DNA of 64,000 nucleotides from a virus. Location of the stretch: the IMG/VR virus record IMGVR_UViG_3300047481_001036; one strand, given 5' to 3'. This document shows positions 63,894-64,000 of this stretch, piece after piece. The notes below the pieces were generated by a model, which saw only the letters and a program-made list of their open reading frames with translations, was not told where the DNA came from and searched no databases. A program made the translations under genes and the position numbers. The stretch's first letter is position 1, and each line of letters begins with the position of its first letter.

Positions 63894-64000
63894 GTAATGG
63901 ATATTGGTTGGCAATATAGAATTGTTCAGAAAGATACTAAATGGGGTTTTCATCATGTATTTATTGATGAGAATGGAGACATCTCTAATATTAGTGATAT

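Noticed and set aside
1-64000. Stop-codon reassignment
   Set aside because: Core genes are uninterrupted in the standard code, TAA, TAG and TGA all end genes, and no suppressor tRNA was seen.

Overview
The window is part of a large, AT-rich tailed dsDNA phage genome using the standard genetic code. The host is probably Planctomycetota, inferred from a subtilase with the planctomycete LExRxLL leader and from planctomycete-style small secreted proteins. 1-18.7 kb (minus strand) is the virion and packaging module: three tandem tail-tube-like paralogues, neck proteins, major capsid, decoration protein, protease/scaffold, portal, large terminase, ERCC4 and HNH nucleases, gmd and a phage sigma factor. 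18.8-21.8 kb (plus strand) holds a frameshifted GDP-fucose synthase and the subtilase. 21.8-43.5 kb is an early/host-takeover-like region built from about 20 self-contained units. Each boundary is the same 77-78 bp element: two 9-7-9 inverted repeats (TAAnnnnTT-N7-AAnnACTTA) 52-53 bp apart. The element abuts the upstream gene end and is usually followed by an A/T tract and a TTGACA..CCGATA..TAGAAT promoter. I counted 21 copies, and this is the main unexplained system. A second fixed-spacing motif (GTC-N4-CTAAT-N26-AGTCAG) occurs 10 times between 28.6 and 48.8 kb. There are 13 tRNA genes, including rare Ser(AGA), Ser(ACU) and Ile(UAU), plus one tRNA-like RNA with an aberrant anticodon arm and several candidate structured ncRNAs. 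43.5-64 kb is a dense run of small plus-strand genes (NUDIX, Pth2-like, HhH glycosylase, ASCH, PRTase, metallophosphoesterase and many hypotheticals). All functional calls come from motif recognition by eye; no searches were run.
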